Origin: Planctomycetales bacterium | Lineage (GTDB): Bacteria; 4484-113 | Direction: 5' to 3' | DNA: 19,362 nt | Assembly (NCBI GenBank): GCA_037445915.1 | Contig: JBBIJQ010000036.1 | Coordinates: forward strand, 1-19,362 | Shown: positions 16,465-19,362 of the stretch, piece after piece | How the letters are laid out: every line of letters begins with the position of its first letter | How positions within the stretch are numbered: position 1 is the first letter of the stretch | Program-made: the position numbers and the translations under genes | The notes under the pieces: model-generated | Databases searched by the model: none | Seen by the model: the letters and a program-made list of their open reading frames with translations, nothing else | What the model was told of the DNA's origin: nothing

Positions 16465-18695
16465 TAGAGCTTCGGCGTGAATAAAGCGATGAAGGAGACT
16501 TCCATTTGCGGGGTTGTTGAGATTTCAGCGACGAAGCGGTAGAGGTTTTCAGCCAGGCCGGTCTTGTTGTTGGCCATGCCGTCCCAGTTGCAGCGGAAGG
16601 TCACTTCCTCCCCAGGCGCCAGCGCAATGCTGCTTGTTTCCTGCGTGTAGTAACGGTTGTATCCGTAATTCCAGAGCAGCGCGCGTTCCTTGAACACCTT
16701 GAAGTCGTAATGCTTGCCGCTGGGGAAGCTAAGCATCTTGCTGGCCTCGCCGTTGTTACGGACGGTGACGGCAAACTCAATTATGCCATCGCCGCCTGCA
16801 GAAATGTCCCGCACTGCAAACTCATAGCGCAAGCCTTCAAAGTCCGCCGCGCCTGTGCCTACGAGAATCTCCCCGCTTGCCTCATTGGGCGCGGTTGCGG
16901 CTTCTGCGCTAGGCGTTTCTTCGGCAGGCAGATCTTCGGCCGCAGGCGACAATCCCGGGTCAACTACCTCTTGGGTTGTCACTTCGTATTCGCCGGGCGG
17001 CTCTTCTGCAAGAGTGTCATCCGCCATCGCCTCTTCCTCCGGCGATTCAATCGTTTCACTTCCGGCTATGGCGGTATCATCAACAAGCAGTTCCTCATCC
17101 GCAGGAGGCTCTTTGGCTTCCGCCGCAGGATCAGGCTGCACTTCGGCTTCTGCCGCCGGCGGCGGGAATGCCACTTCCTCCGACGGAGGCTCGGCGAAGT
17201 AGCTGATGCGCTCTTCAAGTTCATTTGTGTAATTGGCGTGTCGCGTCAGGTAGTTCTCCACCACTTCCCGCACGAGGTACGGGTGCAGCTTGCCGTCCTT
17301 CAGCAAATAAGCGGCAGTGAGGCCCTCAAGCCCGTTAGCCATTTTTTCTGTAAGCGCAACTTTGTATGTCGCATCAGGCTCGACCGCCCTGCCGCCGGCG
17401 GTGAGGCCGTGCGCCTTGCCGCCGTAAATCCCAAAGCTGACGCCGCTAACTTGGAGGAAGCCGTCTCTCCCGACATTTGACGCGCCTTGCGAGAGCAAGG
17501 CAGCGAGGCTGCTCCCGCTAAGCGTTCCCATGATGATGCGCGACTCGCTGGGGAACACGCGCAGGATGTCGCCGCGCGTGACCGTCCCTTTCTTTAGGCC
17601 GTTTCGTATAGCGCCTGCTTCAACCAGCGCGATGTCTGCGCCGGCGGCTTCGCGCACTGCGTCTGCAAACATGTTGCCGATATGCGTCTCAAAAGAGTTA
17701 ACTTTGGTGGCGGGCATGTCTTTTGCAAGGCTGCCCACGACGACATCAAGCTGCTCGGAAAGGCGCGGCTGGTGCAAGGCAATCTCCGCTTTATACTGCG
17801 AGTTCTCCGCCCATGCCCCGCCAATGTCAACAAGCTGCTCGTCAAAGTAGCGCATCTTGTATCCCTTGCCGCGCTCGCCTTCAAAGGTCATTTTGAGCAT
17901 CCCGACCTTCTGGCCGTAACGCCCCGCCTCTACTATGAGCGTGCTGTCAACTTTCAGCGGCACTTGAAGCTCCGCCTCCTGCCCGCCGGCGACAATGACC
18001 GATATTTCAGGATGCGCGATCGCAAGCGCAATGTTTTCGGTCAGGCTTAGGGTTGAAAGCAAGACGATGGTGTCACACTGCGTCTTAAGCTGGGGAATCC
18101 ATTGCGCGGCAACCGCTAGCGGCTCGCTGAACTCCAGCCCCTGTGTGAAGTCCGGCGGAAGCTGCATTGGAGTTGTAGTATCGGTAAGCCCAAGCAGGCC
18201 GATGCGAAACCCGTTGCTCTCCACTACTTTGAACGGCTCCCCGATATACTTGCCCGTGGACTTATCCTTGACATTGGCGCTTAGGAATGGGAAGCCCGCC
18301 TCGCTTGCGCGCGCGGCAAGCTCTTTACGCCCGCAGATGAACTCCATTGGGCCGATGCCGGATGCGTCGTAGCCTGCCATGCTCATCAGACGCGTATCCA
18401 GGTAGCCTTTAAGGTAGAAAGACAACGGCGAGTAGCCGAAGGCATTGCCGGCGTCAAGGGTCAGCCAGATTATCTTCCCGTGCCGCCGCTTTTCCTGGAA
18501 GAAGATGGCGCGCTTCGCATATCCTCCGGAGGGCTTGCCGTTCTTGCCAATAAACGGCGAGATGCGCCCGCGCGTATCGTTGGTGTGCAGAATGGTCAAG
18601 TTGACCAGCTCAGCATGCGCCGGTATCCACACGATGGCTCCCATCAGGGCAGCCAGCGCAACAACAAGAATCAGCTTGCCAATGGGTCGGTACAT
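16464..18695 (-). CDS. Secreted 5'-nucleotidase-fold protein with degenerate active site, acidic linker and C-terminal BsuPI-like domain (743 aa)
   Basis: SD GGGGGAG precedes ATG 18695. Signal peptide ends PAHA|E. Metallophosphoesterase scaffold (LTILHTND, LDAG, FPFLSANV, IGLLGLT), 5'-NT C domain (ETHIGNMFADA, GAIR, GFLQVSG), E/A/P-rich linker, and the BsuPI-like pattern LSFPSGKHYDF.V...LLW....YTQ......LAPGE..TF...WDG. Confidence 0.9.
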   Translation of the reverse strand: MYRPIGKLILVVALAALMGAIVWIPAHAELVNLTILHTNDTRGRISPFIGKNGKPSGGYAKRAIFFQEKRRHGKIIWLTLDAGNAFGYSPLSFYLKGYLDTRLMSMAGYDASGIGPMEFICGRKELAARASEAGFPFLSANVKDKSTGKYIGEPFKVVESNGFRIGLLGLTDTTTPMQLPPDFTQGLEFSEPLAVAAQWIPQLKTQCDTIVLLSTLSLTENIALAIAHPEISVIVAGGQEAELQVPLKVDSTLIVEAGRYGQKVGMLKMTFEGERGKGYKMRYFDEQLVDIGGAWAENSQYKAEIALHQPRLSEQLDVVVGSLAKDMPATKVNSFETHIGNMFADAVREAAGADIALVEAGAIRNGLKKGTVTRGDILRVFPSESRIIMGTLSGSSLAALLSQGASNVGRDGFLQVSGVSFGIYGGKAHGLTAGGRAVEPDATYKVALTEKMANGLEGLTAAYLLKDGKLHPYLVREVVENYLTRHANYTNELEERISYFAEPPSEEVAFPPPAAEAEVQPDPAAEAKEPPADEELLVDDTAIAGSETIESPEEEAMADDTLAEEPPGEYEVTTQEVVDPGLSPAAEDLPAEETPSAEAATAPNEASGEILVGTGAADFEGLRYEFAVRDISAGGDGIIEFAVTVRNNGEASKMLSFPSGKHYDFKVFKERALLWNYGYNRYYTQETSSIALAPGEEVTFRCNWDGMANNKTGLAENLYRFVAEISTTPQMEVSFIALFTPKL

Positions 18696-18730
18696 ATACT
18701 CCCCCGCTACAGGCGTGACTATGAAATGTG

Positions 18731-18739
18731 ATTGTATCA
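18731..18739 (-). promoter_or_regulatory. Extended -10 promoter (TGaTACAAT) for the nucleotidase-like/amj/miaA operon
   Basis: TGnTACAAT lies 35 nt upstream of ATG 18695. It overlaps the ORF-track start at 18740, which argues against that start. Confidence 0.6.
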
Positions 18740-18759
18740 TAAGGAACTGAAAAGCCGAG

Positions 18760-19362
18760 GACTCTTCATCGTTAATGGTGGGATAGAGAAAAGAGGGGGG
18801 GAACTCCTAAGATTGAGTTGAACAAAACAACAAAGGAGATCCCGGTAATGAGTATAGCTGAACTTATGGAGTTGCGTGGATACCTTTGCGAAGGAATGAG
18901 GGAGAAAGGGGAGCTGAAGGTAATAGAGGTGAAGCATGAGCGGGAAGGTAGAGGCGTGTCCGCATTGCAGGGGCGGGAAGCTGTAAGGGCATGGCTGGCG
19001 GAAGTGGGTGGTGACGCCGGTTCTGCCCGGGGTGGCGAAGCGAGCGCGGTTGGGCAAAGGGTTGAAGAGGTACGTGAATGCGACGCTGCGGGAGAAGAAG
19101 GAGGAAGCCGCGTGTGCTTGCCGCGAGCTTCGCAGGCTGCTAAGGGACAAGGATGCGCGCACCCTGCGCAATTGGATTGAACGCGCCGAGAAAGCCTCAA
19201 GCCCGCTAGGGGCGCTGGCCGCCACGTGGAGGAATGGAAACTGGAGATTGAAACTTACTTCTTGCCGGACGCTCCACCGGCCCCGCTGAAGCCCTTAACC
19301 GCAGCATCGCCTTGCTCCGGCGCAAAGCTTGCGGCTATGCTAACAAACACAACTTCATCGGG
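18760..19362 (+). mobile_element. Degenerate ISL3-family insertion sequence (right end outside the window)
   Basis: Candidate left end GACTCTTCATCGTTAATGGTGGG resembles the GG(C/T)TCT start of ISL3 termini and is followed by transposase fragments. Confidence 0.7.
18848..19362 (+). pseudogene. ISL3 transposase pseudogene (frameshifts, premature stop, internal deletion)
   Basis: SD AAGGAG and ATG 18848 give MSIAELMELRGY...IEV. After a shift: ACPHCRGGKL*GHGWRK (zinc-finger half, TAA at 18984), then LRNWIERAE..SPLGALAAT. After further shifts: WKLEIETYF (19235) and STGPAEALNRSIALLRRKACGYANKHNF (19273 onward), matching the ISL3 C-terminal NG..EG.N..IK..KR.A.G.RN..NF motif. Confidence 0.85.

Noticed and set aside
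16710-18750. Plus-strand ORFs opposite the nucleotidase-like gene
   Set aside because: These are antisense shadows typical of GC-rich coding DNA.
18737-19289. ORFs 18818..19180, 19008..19289, 18737..19225 and 18772..19200 as independent genes
   Set aside because: The plus-strand ORFs are pieces of the ISL3 pseudogene and the minus-strand ORFs are its shadows.
19336-19341. TATGCT as a -10 box for a downstream gene
   Set aside because: It falls within the GY.N codons of the ISL3 C-terminal motif, so coding history explains it.

Overview
GC-rich bacterial chromosomal window, mostly housekeeping genes with accessory material at both ends. From left to right: two divergent, paralogous lipoprotein genes carrying dockerin-type calcium loops (the left one runs off the window and is missing from the ORF track); an orphan hutU coupled to an AT-richer DUF4268-like gene and a lipoprotein; a 140-bp intergenic patch of heptamer repeats and REP-like hairpins; def-ruvB on the minus strand, where ruvB has no in-frame canonical start upstream of its conserved N-terminal motif; secD-secF-recJ-rel-dtd on the plus strand; a convergent operon of a secreted 5'-nucleotidase-fold protein that has lost its catalytic residues and is fused to a BsuPI-like domain, then the lipid II flippase amj, then miaA; and a frameshifted, internally deleted ISL3 transposase remnant. 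The best candidates for undescribed biology are the pseudo-nucleotidase/BsuPI-amj unit and the dockerin-in-FN3 lipoprotein family. No rRNA, tRNA or CRISPR array was seen. All family calls come from motif recognition by eye, not from database searches.
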